Part shown: piece by piece, positions 28,001 through 43,689 of the stretch | Layout of the letters: every line of letters starts with the position of its first letter | Position numbering within the stretch: position 1 is the first letter of the stretch | From: Cycas panzhihuaensis | Taxonomy: Eukaryota > Plantae > Cycadophyta | Assembly: GCA_023213395.1 (NCBI GenBank) | Contig: CM041465.1 | Location: 250,177,741 to 250,241,740, forward strand | Reading direction: 5' to 3' | Length of the DNA: 64,000 bases | Program-made: the position numbers and the translations under genes | Notes under the pieces: model-generated | Told to the model about the DNA's origin: nothing | The model's database searches: none | What the model saw: the letters and a program-made list of their open reading frames with translations, nothing else

Positions 28001-29510
28001 CCACTTCTTCTTCTACTTTTGTTTGTAGTTCTCTTATGAGTTTGTAGGTGGAGCCAATGCATCATGAAGAGTACAAAGACTTGTACCATGAAGATGAAGC
28101 TTTAAAGGAAGAATTAGAGAACCTAGCAAAAGGAAGACCTTCCCAGCTTGCTTGGATGGATGGTCTACTTTTTCAAAGGGAAGCAACTCTATGTTCCATC
28201 AAAAGGAGACAAGATTAAATGGCTTAGAGAAGCCCATACTTCTAAAGTAGCTGGTCACTTTGGTATAGAGAAGACTTTAGCAAACTTGAGAAGATATGTT
28301 GTATGGCCAAAAATGTAAAATGATGTAAAAAAATATGTAAAAGGATGTGTAATGTGTAATACTTCTAAGCCTTCTTCTAGAAAATTAGGATTGTATACAC
28401 TACTTCGTATTCCCACTAGACCTTGGGAAAGTATTTGCATTGATTTCTTAGGGGGACTTCCCATGACTAAGAAGGGACACGATTATCTCTTTGTTGTTGT
28501 AGACAGGTTTAGTAAAATGATATGTCCAATACCTTGTAAGAAGACAATCACAGGTACATGAGCAACTGAGTTATTCTTCGAGCATGTATGGAAGAATTTT
28601 GGCTTGCCTTCTTCCATCATTTCAGATCGGGACATTCGATTCCTTTCATCATTTTGGAAGTCACTATGGGAGATGATGGATACCAAATTGAAGAGAAGTA
28701 CAAGTTTCCATCCTCAAACAGATGGACAAACTGAAGTAGTGAACAGAACTTTGGTACATTTATTGAGGGGATACAATTCTAAGCATCCAAAGACTTGGGA
28801 TGAATCATTAGCTTTTCTACAATTTGCATTTAATAGAGCAATGCATGCATCACACTCTAAAGCACCTTTTGAAGTTTATTTGGGATACTTACCTCAAAGT
28901 CCATTTGACTTAGAGTTTTCCATGCAAGCTAAGGAAGGATCCGTTAAAGAGAAGGAGGAGCATGACAAGGCTTTAAGATACTTGGAGAAGATCCAGAGTC
29001 CACAAAGAAGTACATGATCAACTTCTAAGGATTCAACAAAAGTACAAGGAAAGACATGACAAGCATAGGCAAGAGTGTACTTTTCAAGAAGGATATTTAG
29101 TATGGTTATACTTGAGCAAGGAGAGGTTAAAAGGAGAAGGCAAGAAACTCAAACCTATAAGGTATGGACCATTCAAGATTTTGAGAAAAGTAGGTGACAA
29201 TGCTTTCCAACTTGATCTTCCACCTTATATGCAAATATATTTAGTAGTAAATGCTGAATACTTAAAAATCTTTGAGCCCTCCATGCTAGATGAGGAACAG
29301 GACCAGTTCACTTTACCTTCAATTGATGATTTGTATTTGGAAAGTGAGGAGCCTCTCAAGGAAGATTGTATCTTAGAGAGAAAATCTACCAAAACAAGAC
29401 ATAAGACACATGCATATTTCAGGATTGGAGTAGCAGGGCAATTGCCTAGTAAGGCCAAGTGGTTTAGTAGGTAACAAGGAGAACAACACTTCCCCCATCT
29501 CCAATTCTAA
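25048..29510 (+). pseudogene. gag-pol polyprotein pseudogene (gag, Zn knuckle, aspartic protease, RT, RNase H, integrase, chromodomain-like tail)
   Basis: Gag IPTYDGKVNAEKLDHWL and CEHCDISGHITTKC; protease IIDLGSQKNLI; RT YPLP.IDDLLD..YLDDILIF; RNase H FEVEADASG; integrase FHPQTDGQTE and YGPF. ORF pieces from 25117 to 27861 share one frame broken by stops, followed by two frame changes. Confidence 0.97.
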
Positions 29511-30987
29511 TCCAAATAGGAGTTGGCTATTTTCCAAGGAAGGGGGAGCCATGATCCAGGAGGATCTACCATATGTTTACAGGATGCGGAAAATGCTAGG
29601 CATTGGCATAACTGAAAGAGATATGGCCAAATAATATCAAAATTATATGAAATTTTGTGTAAAGGTAGAAGACACATCCCACTACATGTTTACAAAATGT
29701 GGGGTTCAGAAAATATCATTTGATTAGAGTTCAATCCTTGTTTTTCATAAATTTAATCCCACAGCTAGTAGAAAAAAATAGGAAATACATATTATCATTA
29801 AATGAATAAAACTACAATCAAATGACATCAAAATGAGTTAAAATTTTGAGGAAGTGGAGGAGACATGCATTCCTATATGTTTACCAAATTTGATCTGAAT
29901 TGGAGTCCGTTAAGGTCAGTTATAAGCTATAATTTTTAAGAATTGCATGAAGGCCACTTGGACGACAGAAAAATATCAGATACATATTATGATTAAATAA
30001 ATAAAAATGTAGTCAAATGACATCCAAATAAGCTAAAAGTTTGAGGAAGATGAGGGGGAATATTTTCCTATGTGTTTACCAAATTTGAGCCAAATTGGAG
30101 TCCGTTAAGATTAGTTGCAAGCTGTAACTTTTTAAGAATTGCATGAAGGCCACTGGGACAACATGCATTCTGGTGGTTAGTGGTTATACTTGCATGATTG
30201 CCACTTGTTAAACATGCAATTTTGGTTTCTTTATATAAATTGAGACATATTATGGGTTGGAGAGGTGGTTCTTAGGGACTTGACTTGGGAAGCATCATTG
30301 GAGAAGCATTTTGGAGGGTTGGAGTCCCCCTTATGGTATAATTGTATCATTTATTCCTTGTAATTTTACCATTCTTTTGCTAGTTGATTTCTCCACCATT
30401 AAATGGAGATTTTCATAGTTTAATAAAAGTACTACTCCTCATACCTTTGGATCAATGTCAAGAATAAATGATTTGGTGTAGAATTTCCTTTTGTGGGCTC
30501 ATTATTGTTTTGATGTTATTGAGATTTCTATACTAACTCCTAGGATCTCAAGGAGAAAAGGTTGATAATTGACTTCTTCACCAACTAAGCTCTATTTTGG
30601 GATCAATTCATCACAACAGAGTTTGGTATTCATAAATTTTAGTCATCTGTAACATAATAACAATAATATTTAATAATAACAATATAACAAATGAAAATAT
30701 CTAATGATAGTAATACCCTCTTCGAGGTTATGAGTGTCGCCCAATTTGGCATAGCACATCCTAATGGCATAATGCCATCAATCCAGAAATTATTTAATTC
30801 TCTAAGGTGATTTATAAATGAATAAGGCTTGTTTGTTTATAGCCTTCTTTTCTCTCTCTAAAACCATCTACTAGTTATCTCTTAAAAATATCAGCTTTAT
30901 AATAAAAATATATTAAATAATTCTTCCTTAATCTTCATAAAACCTAACTTCATCAACTTCTTCTAACCTTTGGAACATAACAAAACC

Positions 30988-33000
30988 TCTTATATCCCTT
31001 CTGCCTTCAATATTTTATCGTCTTCCAAAGTGATTATCTACTTAGCAATCTCTTATATGTTTGAATCCTTCAAATTTGCCTATCATATATCAAGAAGCTC
31101 TTGAATCAATGTACTAAATAGCATATTGGTTTTTGACTCATTTGTGAAGCTTTCATGAAAAGTTTCTGTCATCACTCGAGTTTGCAATGTGATCGGAAAA
31201 GTGTCCTACTTATAGTTTCTTACTTTTCTAGTTCTATTCATCACCCTTCTTCAAAATCGATTGATTAGCATACAACTTCTTATAATCTTTCTCAAAATGA
31301 CATAGTTTATTAAAATAAGAACACAACTTTGGTTGTCTTCTTCAAATAGTTTGTTGTTATGAACGATTTTACTTCTTAAGAATACATGGTTTCTTCTCTT
31401 TTAATTTTTCTCAAGATGGCTCAAAAGACTTTTTAACAAGATTATCCTTTAAAATCTTCTCATGTCGTAACAACAATATGCTTAATTTAATAAAAGAGTT
31501 TTTTTTTGATAAAAAGAAGCTCATCACAAAGTTCTCATACTTCTTTAATAGGTTTTTGAACAAAACAATGATGATGTCCTTGTTATGAACAATCTCTTTA
31601 ACATTCTCTAATTGATTCTTGATTCCCTTCACTTGTTGGGGATGGTCAATAATATAACCAACCATCCTCTTGTTGTACAACTAATTCTTTAAAATCATTA
31701 TCCTGACATCATTTTTTGTATCAATGATAGATATTATGGTCCATGCCTCCATATGTGTTTTCTCTTATTTGACATTTCTATGAAAGCATCACTAAGGGAC
31801 ACATTGATCAATGCTAAGGCAAAGTCATTTTTAGTTTCATATTTTACATTTTCATGGGTGGATGCAATAAGTTCATTTAGTTTAGCTATCTTATTTTTCA
31901 CGTATGGCTATAACTCATTCATGTGTAATAGATTGGCTATCTAGTGCTTTTAGATATCATAGTTTTAACACTAACTAACTTGTTTATCTGAAAGCTAAAC
32001 AAATTTTCATCCAACATATTTTTTATGAAAAATTGAAAAACACACAAAAAATTAACAACAAACACAAAAATGGGTATTCATTTATTTTGTTTTAATCTTC
32101 AGAAATTACATAGAACATTCAAAAAATATGAAAATCATAATCAATATGCAGGGAGCTAAAATAAGACCATGTGTCCACTACCAAAAGATGCAAAATTGAG
32201 TTTCGATTAAAATTGTGTGTTTAGATTTTGGTCTACTTTGTATGAAAGTTTGAAAAGATTTAAACTCTTTATGTGCCCATGTGATAGGGGTTAGGATTTA
32301 CTAGCCACACTAATTGAAAAAAATTATAAAACTCAATTTAATCTAGCTCAAACATAGCAAATCAAGATTTTCTTTTTTCTACAGGTAAGTATTAAAAAAT
32401 TTGAAATGTGGTTAATCCAATTTTTTTTTTGTGCTTTCCAATTCTCTGAATCAACATGGAAAATTTTCACCATTCTTGGCATGGTGATATCTGCATGGTT
32501 TGACATCTATCGACCCTTCAACGAATGATCTTCACGTCCATCTCCCTCCTCACCTCACACAAATCTTCTGCGTTTTCTTCGTTCGTTCGTCCATCTCAAC
32601 TCCTTTGAAAGACTTGATAGATGACGAAATTTATTCATACCAATGGGGAATGCCCTCACGTCTCTGCTGGGCATTCCTTGGGTGTTGGCTTTTCTCGCAG
32701 TTATACCCTAACGGGATTTACTGCCTTTTGATGATATTTGGCCTTTATCAAATAGTGCTCCACATCTTCATTATGATTTTGAATTCAAATTTTGGCGTTC
32801 GTTTTGAAGTCTTCTTCGTTTTGGATTTACACCAATGTATGCTGCTAATAGAGATGAAAGTACCTGTCGTGATGATATTAACAGTGGGATTTAAATCTCT
32901 TATCCAATGTTTAGACGTTTATTTTCCTTTGAAATTTTGAAAAGACTGCCCACAAATCTGCTCTCTAATTTGATAAAAAAGAAATGCCCTAGTTTGGTAC
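30988..33000 (-). mobile_element. Ty1/copia element, 5' portion (5' UTR, gag, zinc knuckle, protease); continuation of 10150-13558
   Basis: Protease motif *YIDSRAS at ~31093-31116. UBN2-type gag ORF 31411-31680 (LKKYENFVMS). Gag N-terminus near 32015. Joins the 13558 side across the gaacc/aaacc TSD. The 5' LTR and PBS were not identified. Confidence 0.85.
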
Positions 33001-33179
33001 CCACAACCCATAGAAGAATTCACATAACCATAGTTCCTCTTCTTCATAGAAATTTAAAATTTTACTCTCACAAAAAATACAACTAACCCACAAAAAACAT
33101 CGATATAGGGTGAACTCACCTTTAAAAATTTTATTGTTTATTTGTAGATAATGACATTATAAACTCTGACACTCTCTTT

Positions 33180-36054
<2,875 letters not shown>

Positions 36055-36100
36055 AAAACATATTTGGCTAAAAAAATTATACGGTTTGAAATTTGTAAAT

Positions 36101-36148
<48 letters not shown>

Positions 36149-36199
36149 CAAAACATATTTGGCTAAAAAAATTATACGGTTTGAAATTTGTAAATCTTA
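36055..36199. repeat. Exact 50-bp direct duplication separated by (TA)n
   Basis: aaaacatatttggctaaaaaaattatacggtttgaaatttgtaaatctta at 36055-36104 and 36150-36199. Confidence 0.95.
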
Positions 36200-37475
36200 T
36201 TTCAAAATGTAAATTGGTTCTTGAACTTCAATATTCATTTGTAAATTCTTTGAATTTTAGCTCTGCACTGATATTAGGTTGAAATTTGATTATTGATCTA
36301 TGGCTCACTAGGTTTTGATATTAAATATGAGTTTACAACCATGAATGAAATAATCAAGAATTATGAATACAAATATTTTTCCGTTAAAATTTGTCAACTT
36401 TTAATTTTTTTAATTCATTAAGAATTGCTCAATGTATATATACAAGTCAATATACTTAATTATATAAACAAGATCAGTAACGATCTAATAATGATATGTA
36501 ATCACCCTAGCATGGGTTACGTACTTATTATAGAATTTTATAACTGATTAGACATGTGTCATCAATTAAATGGTGATCCTATGACGCATTAAAATTCCCA
36601 AACACCCACTAAGACTCAACTTAAGTTGTGATTTAATAAACATTAATTTTAATAGCCCTCTGATATTGTGGTATGAGCATTAACTTCAACTATTAGATCA
36701 AGCAAGGATGTCCACCAAAACTTGCAACACCTTTGTGAGAGCATTTATAGCAATGAACATGGGTGTAATTAATGTGCACACATTGAGTCCCACTACTTCC
36801 AATTTTTATAGAATTCCAATTTAACATCCTCCCATTCTACTTAAATCTTGAAATTGTATATATCTCGTGGTGACAGATATGTACTATTTTCCTCCATTAC
36901 TAACATTCTAGTTAAACTTACTTGTAAACAATCATACAATGGCCTACTAATGACATGTCCTCCTTATTAAGGTTGCAAAATTTACCCTTATGATGACTCT
37001 GTAGTTTTGGATTTAAATTTTGAAATGATGACCAGGATTGGTATATTGTCCATGCACTTTTCATTAGTGGCAAATCATGCAATAATTGTTGCATTATTAA
37101 ATTTTCTTATATTATATGAATTAGCACCTCTTGTCATGACAACATTTGTTATAATTAGATAATTTGACAGTTGAATTATTTTGCTTTGACATGACTGTAG
37201 TTGGTCAATATTATACCACATAGTATTGAAGTGCACTAATACCAACATTGCCAGGCATGTACTCGTTCATACAAACTTTTATGACTACTCGTATATATTA
37301 CTTGGACTACTATATGGTATGTTCCATACACTTTGGAGGGCCTCCTATTTGATATGTACTTTGGATTTAGCATAATTGTAGGGTTGAGCTATATATGTAG
37401 GAATTCTTATTACCAAACATAGGATATAATGTTAGGTTATTTTTCATGTTTTTTCATTTTCATAGATTTTTGTGG

Positions 37476-37537
37476 ATATATATCTATATATCTATATATA
37501 TATATATATATATATATATCTGTGTGTGTGTGTGTGC
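37476..37537. repeat. (TA)n(TG)n compound microsatellite
   Basis: Seen directly. Confidence 0.95.
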
Positions 37538-37543
37538 ACGTGT

Positions 37544-40148
37544 TATTACGAATCGACATCTAATGTACAAACATCTCCCTTTGGATGAATATATACCTCT
37601 CTTTATAGGCCCATTCATGAGTATTTATGGCAGGTAAGGGTTAATGCACAAAATGTGATGGGAGTAATCTTAGGTGCTACAACATTTTGGAGGAGCCCAC
37701 AAGTTGAAGAGGAATCTCATAGGAGCCTTCACATTGAAAAGCATAAACATTGACTATTATCTATTATTCTATGTACTATTTCACCATTTATTTAATATTA
37801 TTTTAGCATTTTGTGATAATTTGGCTTGTAGATATTACAAAATCCTTATGGGTTCATAATAAGTGGTATTAAAACTCAATGTGTACCTCAACATCATAAT
37901 GGACATTTTAGGAAAGCATTAGCCACCTTTGATGTGTAATGGGGACCACAAATCTACTTTAGGCATTTCTAATTTATAGTGAACTCTTTAGAAACCATGT
38001 TAGGTGTCTCTCTCAACATTGAAGCTTGTGGGTTTGGAATTAAATGTTGTCTATTTCATTGGGATCAACACTTAATTACCTTCAAAATAAGTATATACAT
38101 AATCTATTTTGGAGCCTTATAGTCTGAGATTTTAATCCTAGAAGTTGACTAAATGGATTTTAGAGAGTTTTGTAAGATTCGATTATCAACCTTTCCACAA
38201 TTAAATTTTTTCCATCTATCATCTAATTTTAATATTTTTTTTTAATTCCATGTTTTTCTTTTTGTGATCTTCACATTTATACATAAATTTGTAGGGAAAT
38301 GAAGCAAGAAAGAGCTATTCTGGAACTCCATTTAGGTTCTAACACTAAAAAACCTAGAGAAAAACTAATTCTAGGTAATAATGTAAAAAAATTCACACAT
38401 ATACTATGCAATATAAATATTTATTTAGAAGCTTTTATTCCCTTTTAATACACAGATGTAAGAGAATGGTTAATGATGATGAGAATGGTTAATTTTTTTT
38501 CCTCTATATTTTGACATCCACTATACAGAGAAAAAATGTAAGATCCTCTTTTCAAATCAACACCTAAGCAACCGAGGATTGCATTGGTTCTATTAATGTC
38601 ATTAGGACTATGAGCACATGAACCACTTCAACTAGTCATTCTTTAAATGTGTGATATACAAGTAGTTTGAAGATCTTCATAATTAGATTTCCTATGTCAG
38701 TTATGAGAATAAATAGAAGTTCTTAGCAAAGATACATAAACTAAAAGGGTGCAAAAGGCACAACAACTATATACAAAATGAGTAGAGGAAGAGAAAAAGT
38801 ATCTTGAAGAAATTCTAGCAAATTTTAGGAGAATATACTGAAAGGAGAACATATGAAAATAAATAAAAACACATCTAGCACAAGTATAGGAACATGAGGA
38901 AAACAAGGAACAATCCATATGTGAGTAATCTAAAGAAGAAGAATAAGTTTAGTATATGTAGAAGCTTGACATTGAATAAGATGAACCCAATGATGAGTAG
39001 TTGGAAGAGGAAGCAAGAGTCTAGGAGCAAGAAGAGCCCCCATGCAAAGAAGTTGAAGAAGAACTAGTAAAGTGATATGAATCAAATGAAGGAGAACTTA
39101 ATTGCGAATGATATAAGGTATTGTCAATAATATAAGGTATAGTTAAGTAAGGAAAAATACACTTTAGATATATTAGTTGAAGAATTAGATGAATTAATTG
39201 ACCCCAACTATGTACTTACTATAAATCCAAATCTTATTTTGCACATGTCCACTTCTTTTAATAGTTTCATTATTCCTTTTAACTTTCCATGTTGCATAAC
39301 TATAAAAAAACCCTCATATCATGATCCCATAGTTGATCCAAATCTTAGGGCCTTCAATTCCAAAAATTTCATAAGTAATATTTTGATCCTACTTCAAATC
39401 CATCATCCATTTTTCCCTTTGTACCCCACACTTATCCTAATGCATCTTCCTACATCTTTTTTTTAGATACCCCTATCAAAACATCTTTCCCATAAAAAAT
39501 GCCCAACCCTTGTCCTCTATTCACCTTCTAAAAAAGCCTCACCTCTTATGATACACTTTCAACTTATGTCCCTAATTAAATATTATATTTGTTACCTATT
39601 TTGCCCATTAATTTAAACCTTGTCACTTTTTTCCTTATTCCTTGTATCCCATTTTAATTATTACACAACTAAAGCATCTTAACTATACCCTCAAATATTT
39701 GCCTTTTATTCGCACCTACGTCATCCACTTTTTTTTGTTTTTCTTAAGGATGGTTTTCCATAGACAGGATGTGCAAGCAAGGCTTAGGACCTCCATCAAT
39801 TAAAATTCATAACCCACACTTAGTCCTAAGATCATTCACATTTAAGATTTCATGCAAGAGATTACCAAGACATGGCACTACCATAAATAGAAAAACTATA
39901 TATAGGGGTGCTATCCAAAGAGTTCATAAAGATCACATACACTAGAATGAAGCATTTGTAGAATAGATAAATCAAGGACTACTTGGTTAGATGGAAGGGT
40001 ATAGATATTGAAGATGAAGATTGGCACTTATTAAATGACCAAGTTTTGATGCTTTAAGGGAAAAACATCTTTTGAGAGGGGGGAGTTATTATGAACTAAT
40101 ATTTAATAAACTATCATCTCTCTTCATAGGCCTATTCATGGGTATTTA
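37544..40148 (+). mobile_element. Non-autonomous chromovirus-derived LTR element (no RT/IN) with a chromodomain remnant; 3' LTR truncated
   Basis: 5' LTR 37544-37861 with inverted termini tattacgaa...ttcataata. Decayed PBS tggtattaaaac at 37864. PPT gagaggggggag at 40074-40085. 40087-40148 matches the LTR start (ctctctt.ataggcc.attcatg.gtatttat). IKDYLVRWKGIDIEDEDW at 39971-40024. Confidence 0.82.
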
Positions 40149-43100
40149 TACCAAATACGAGTTAATGCATACTAAAATAAAATCTTCATTTTTACTTAAC
40201 TTTAACCTAAGTTTAATAGGAGTAGAACTTGATTTACAATCACTTATGTTGAATTTCTTCAAAATGTCCACAACATATTTACTTTGTGATATATATATGT
40301 CATTTTTTCTTTGCCAAATTTCTATGCCAAGAAAATAATGTAGTTGTCCCAAGGCACTCATTTAGAATTTTGAATTTATATCATCTTTGAATTGTTAGAA
40401 AATCTCATTATTATTTCTTGTATAGATGAGATCATCAACATAAAAAATAATTATAAAAATTAAAGTATCTAGAGTCTTGATGTATAGATTTAAATGTGAT
40501 AGGTTTTTATAAATTTCTTTATCTTAAAAGTGCTTATCAATTATGGAATGCCAAGTTCTTAGGGTTTGTTTTAGTCCATACAAAACTTATTTTAATTTAT
40601 ACACTAAGTGTTCATGTCCTTCAATTTTAAATCCTTAAGGTTGAGTAACATAAATTTTTTCATCAATATATTCATTAAGAAATGTTGATTTAACATCCGT
40701 TTGATATATAATCTAAGCTTGATGAGTAACTAAAGATAAGATACTTTTAATAGTATCCATTCTAGTAATTAGAGCAAATGTTTCCTCATAGTCAATTCCT
40801 TCTTATTGAGCATAACTTTTTGCTACAAGTTTTGCTTTATGTTTGTCAATTGTGCTATTAACTTTGTAATTTATTTTATATACCCGCTTTGTACTAATTA
40901 CTTTTTTATTAATAGGTAACTTTACCAAATTCTATGTTTTATTTTTATATAATAAATCATATTCGACTTTCTTTACTTCAACCCATTTATCATTTTCAAC
41001 AATTTCTTCAAATGGATAAGGTTCATTATTTTTCATTACTTGAGTTATCAATGCAAAGTTAACTCTTCTTGAGATGCAGTTAACCTTTTATTAAAGTTTC
41101 TATCAAGTATTGCTTTTAGATTATGACTTCTAATAAGTCATTTTTAATTTGTAACTTGTTCTTGACTTAGGTTGGATGATGAACTTGGAGTTGAACTTAA
41201 ATTCTGACTTGAACTTGAAATTGGGATCAATGAAGATGAATTTTGAAGTAGCTTTATATTAGTTTCAATTATGACCCATTTTCCTTTATCTTCTTTAGGT
41301 TAGAAAATTACATTTTCATCAAAGATCAGATATTTGTTTATAAGGAATTTCTTTCCTATTAGATCAAATAGTTTATAGCCTTTTTGTTCACTTGAGTAGC
41401 TTATGAAAATGTACTTAACACTTTTACTTTTTGACTTAGTTCTTTTTTTATCAAGAATACGAGCATAAATAATACATCCAAAGATTTTTATGTGAGAAAC
41501 ATCTAGTTTGTAACTAGCCTAACATTCTTCCGTAGTTAAGTCCTCAATTACTTTTATAGGGCTTCTGTTTAGTAAATAAACAATAATATTGATTACTTCA
41601 GCCCAATATTCATTCCTTAGTTCTTTTGAATTAAGCATGTATTTTGTTATTTCTATAGTTTCTCTAATATTTCTTTCAATAACTCTATTTTGTTGAGGTA
41701 TATATGGAGTAATGAATTATCTTCTTATGCCAACTTTGTTATAGAAATATCTGAAATCATTTGAAATGAATTCATTACCATTATTTGAATGAAAATTTTA
41801 AAACTTATAGCCACATTATCCTTCAATTATAATTGGGAAGTCAATAAATCTAAAAAATGTTTTAAAATTTTCTCTAAGGAAATATACCTTTTTTTTTTTT
41901 TAATAAAATCATCTATAAGAATTAAAAAGAATTTGACATTTCTAAATGTTAGTGTTCTAATTAGGTCACATAAATTTGCATGTATCAACTGAAGTGAATA
42001 TTTGGATTGAAATTCTAAGTCTAAAAATCTTTGTTTATATTGTTTTCCATAGCTACATCATTTACATACTTCATTATTAAATTGAATGAATGAAAGTTTA
42101 GTAACTGTATTTTTCTTCCTCAAGGTAATAAGTGCAAAATAATTGAGATGTCTGAATCTATGATACTAAAGTATGTTTTCATTTAAAACTGATATATTTA
42201 AGACTTGGATAAGTGAAGAAAGTATAAGTTTAAAGAATCTATCTTTTATCATTTGGCCTTTAGTAACTATCATGCCATCGTTCAACTTATCATTGATTTC
42301 ATATTCTCTATTATAAAAAAATTATTCTATATTGTTGTTCCATCATTTATCCAATAGCTAATAGGTTCTTCTTTAATCTAAATATAAATAATATATTTTA
42401 AATATTTTTATTTTTTATACTTTTGTTTGAATTGCAATAACACCTTATCCTTGATTTGTTTGAGTATTATTACTTCCAAATAATAATAAACGAAGCAAAA
42501 ACAAATAAGAAACAAGTTTAATTATGATTAAATAAAGTATAAACATATTTGAACAGACTTAAATGGCCTGAAATAGATCAAATAGCTAACACAGTTCTTT
42601 TTGGTTCATTGGGTATATATACAGAATAACGTCTAATGGGGTGAAACAAGTTTACTATTTTCACAAACGAGAAAGTGTATTGGATTACAGAAATAGATTT
42701 TTTACAAGCTTCTTTCACCTAACAAGTTATAAAACTTTTAATGACTAACTTCAAACATAAAAAATAAATCAAGAAGTAAATAAATTGATTAAACAAATAG
42801 ATTTTTAACTTATAGAATAAACTTAAAGTGTCAACAACAACTAATAGTCTTCAGTCAAGAAACACTTTATTACATCTCTTTATTTTAGTTTCCTATCTTC
42901 ACCAACAGCTCTGATACCATGTTAGAAAAGTAATCACTAGATATCATAACCCAGGAACAATAATATAATATCAAAATATTTTCATTATGGATTTCAATAT
43001 CAATCATTATACATTTCACCTGATAAGTGTATATATTATTTTATTATGGGCATATGCGAGATCATTTGCCTTACTCACAACTAATAATATTTGGCCTTTA

Positions 43101-43216
43101 TGTTGACCAATCATATATGGATCTTTATTTAGCCAATTACATTGATTGTGCATTATATTACAATATATTATATAACCCTATTTCCTATTTTTGGTGATAG
43201 AATTTCTTTATTAACA
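40149..43216 (-). mobile_element. Ty1/copia element, 3'-truncated and gag-deleted (5' LTR, PBS, integrase, RT)
   Basis: RT ORF 40146-40361 (LGQLHYFLGIEI..ISQSKYV.DIL.KF). Integrase remnants at 41300-42170. Perfect PBS complement gctctgatacca at 42908-42919. LTR from 42920 (tgttag) to probably 43216 (ttaaca). Confidence 0.88.
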
Positions 43217-43689
43217 CTTATTAATCCATTATGAGAATGAAGTTGCCCAATCCCTTTTAATGCATCCATAATACAAGTAATTATTTTTACAAGTAAATTA
43301 GCCAATTATGAACTAATAATCATTACTATTGAAGCCATCTTTAACAATGGGGGAGCATTAATATTATTAAGGAGTTTATCCATTTCCCTAATTAAATACT
43401 ATTTTATGTCCTTGTAGTATGTTTGTAAACATAGTGGTTAACATATGAAAGCATCTTACTTCAATATCTTCATAATTATCCTTTATTAGGTTGAAGAAAA
43501 TATCTCAAGAATCATCATATGAATCATACTTGGCTACAAATTTATAGGCTATTAGTGCATCTTCTAGTACTTTACACATGGTATTTGGAATACATTAGTA
43601 TGTTGCTTTCAAGAGAGGTGGGGATTCTTCCTCTTCAACATCTATAATTATTGACATCTAGGTCCATTTGTTATTAAAGGAATCACTAC

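Larger units (their letters stand above)
23862..30605 (+). mobile_element. Full-length Ty3/gypsy chromovirus, CRM-like, pseudogenised; inserted in LTR copy 3
   Basis: LTRs 23862-24914 and 29552-30605 (~1053 bp, TGAT...ATCA termini). PBS tggtatcagagcc at 24920-24932. PPT aaggaagggggag at 29536-29548. TSD attta/attca. Domain order gag-PR-RT-RH-IN. Confidence 0.97.
13559..30982 (-). mobile_element. Three-LTR tandem dimer of a non-autonomous (pol-less) LTR element: LTR-internal-LTR-internal-LTR, unit ~2.96 kb, with two nested insertions
   Basis: Homologous LTRs at 13559-14041, 20811-21256 and 23773-23861+30611-30982. Homologous internals at 14042-14400+18588-20810 and 21257-23772. PPTs (+ strand actctc..cccc..tt) at 14042 and 21257. 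Decayed PBS-Met at 20797-20808 and 23759-23770. Outer flanks gaacc/aaacc. Confidence 0.9.

Noticed and set aside
24912-29458. Minus-strand ORFs overlapping the CRM-like gag-pol
   Set aside because: Antisense shadows of the pol reading frame.
32500-32940. 146-aa plus-strand ORF
   Set aside because: Non-ATG start, antisense to the copia 5' leader, no recognisable domain.
42908-42919. tRNA-like sequence
   Set aside because: Only the 12-nt primer-binding site complementary to tRNA-iMet; no cloverleaf.
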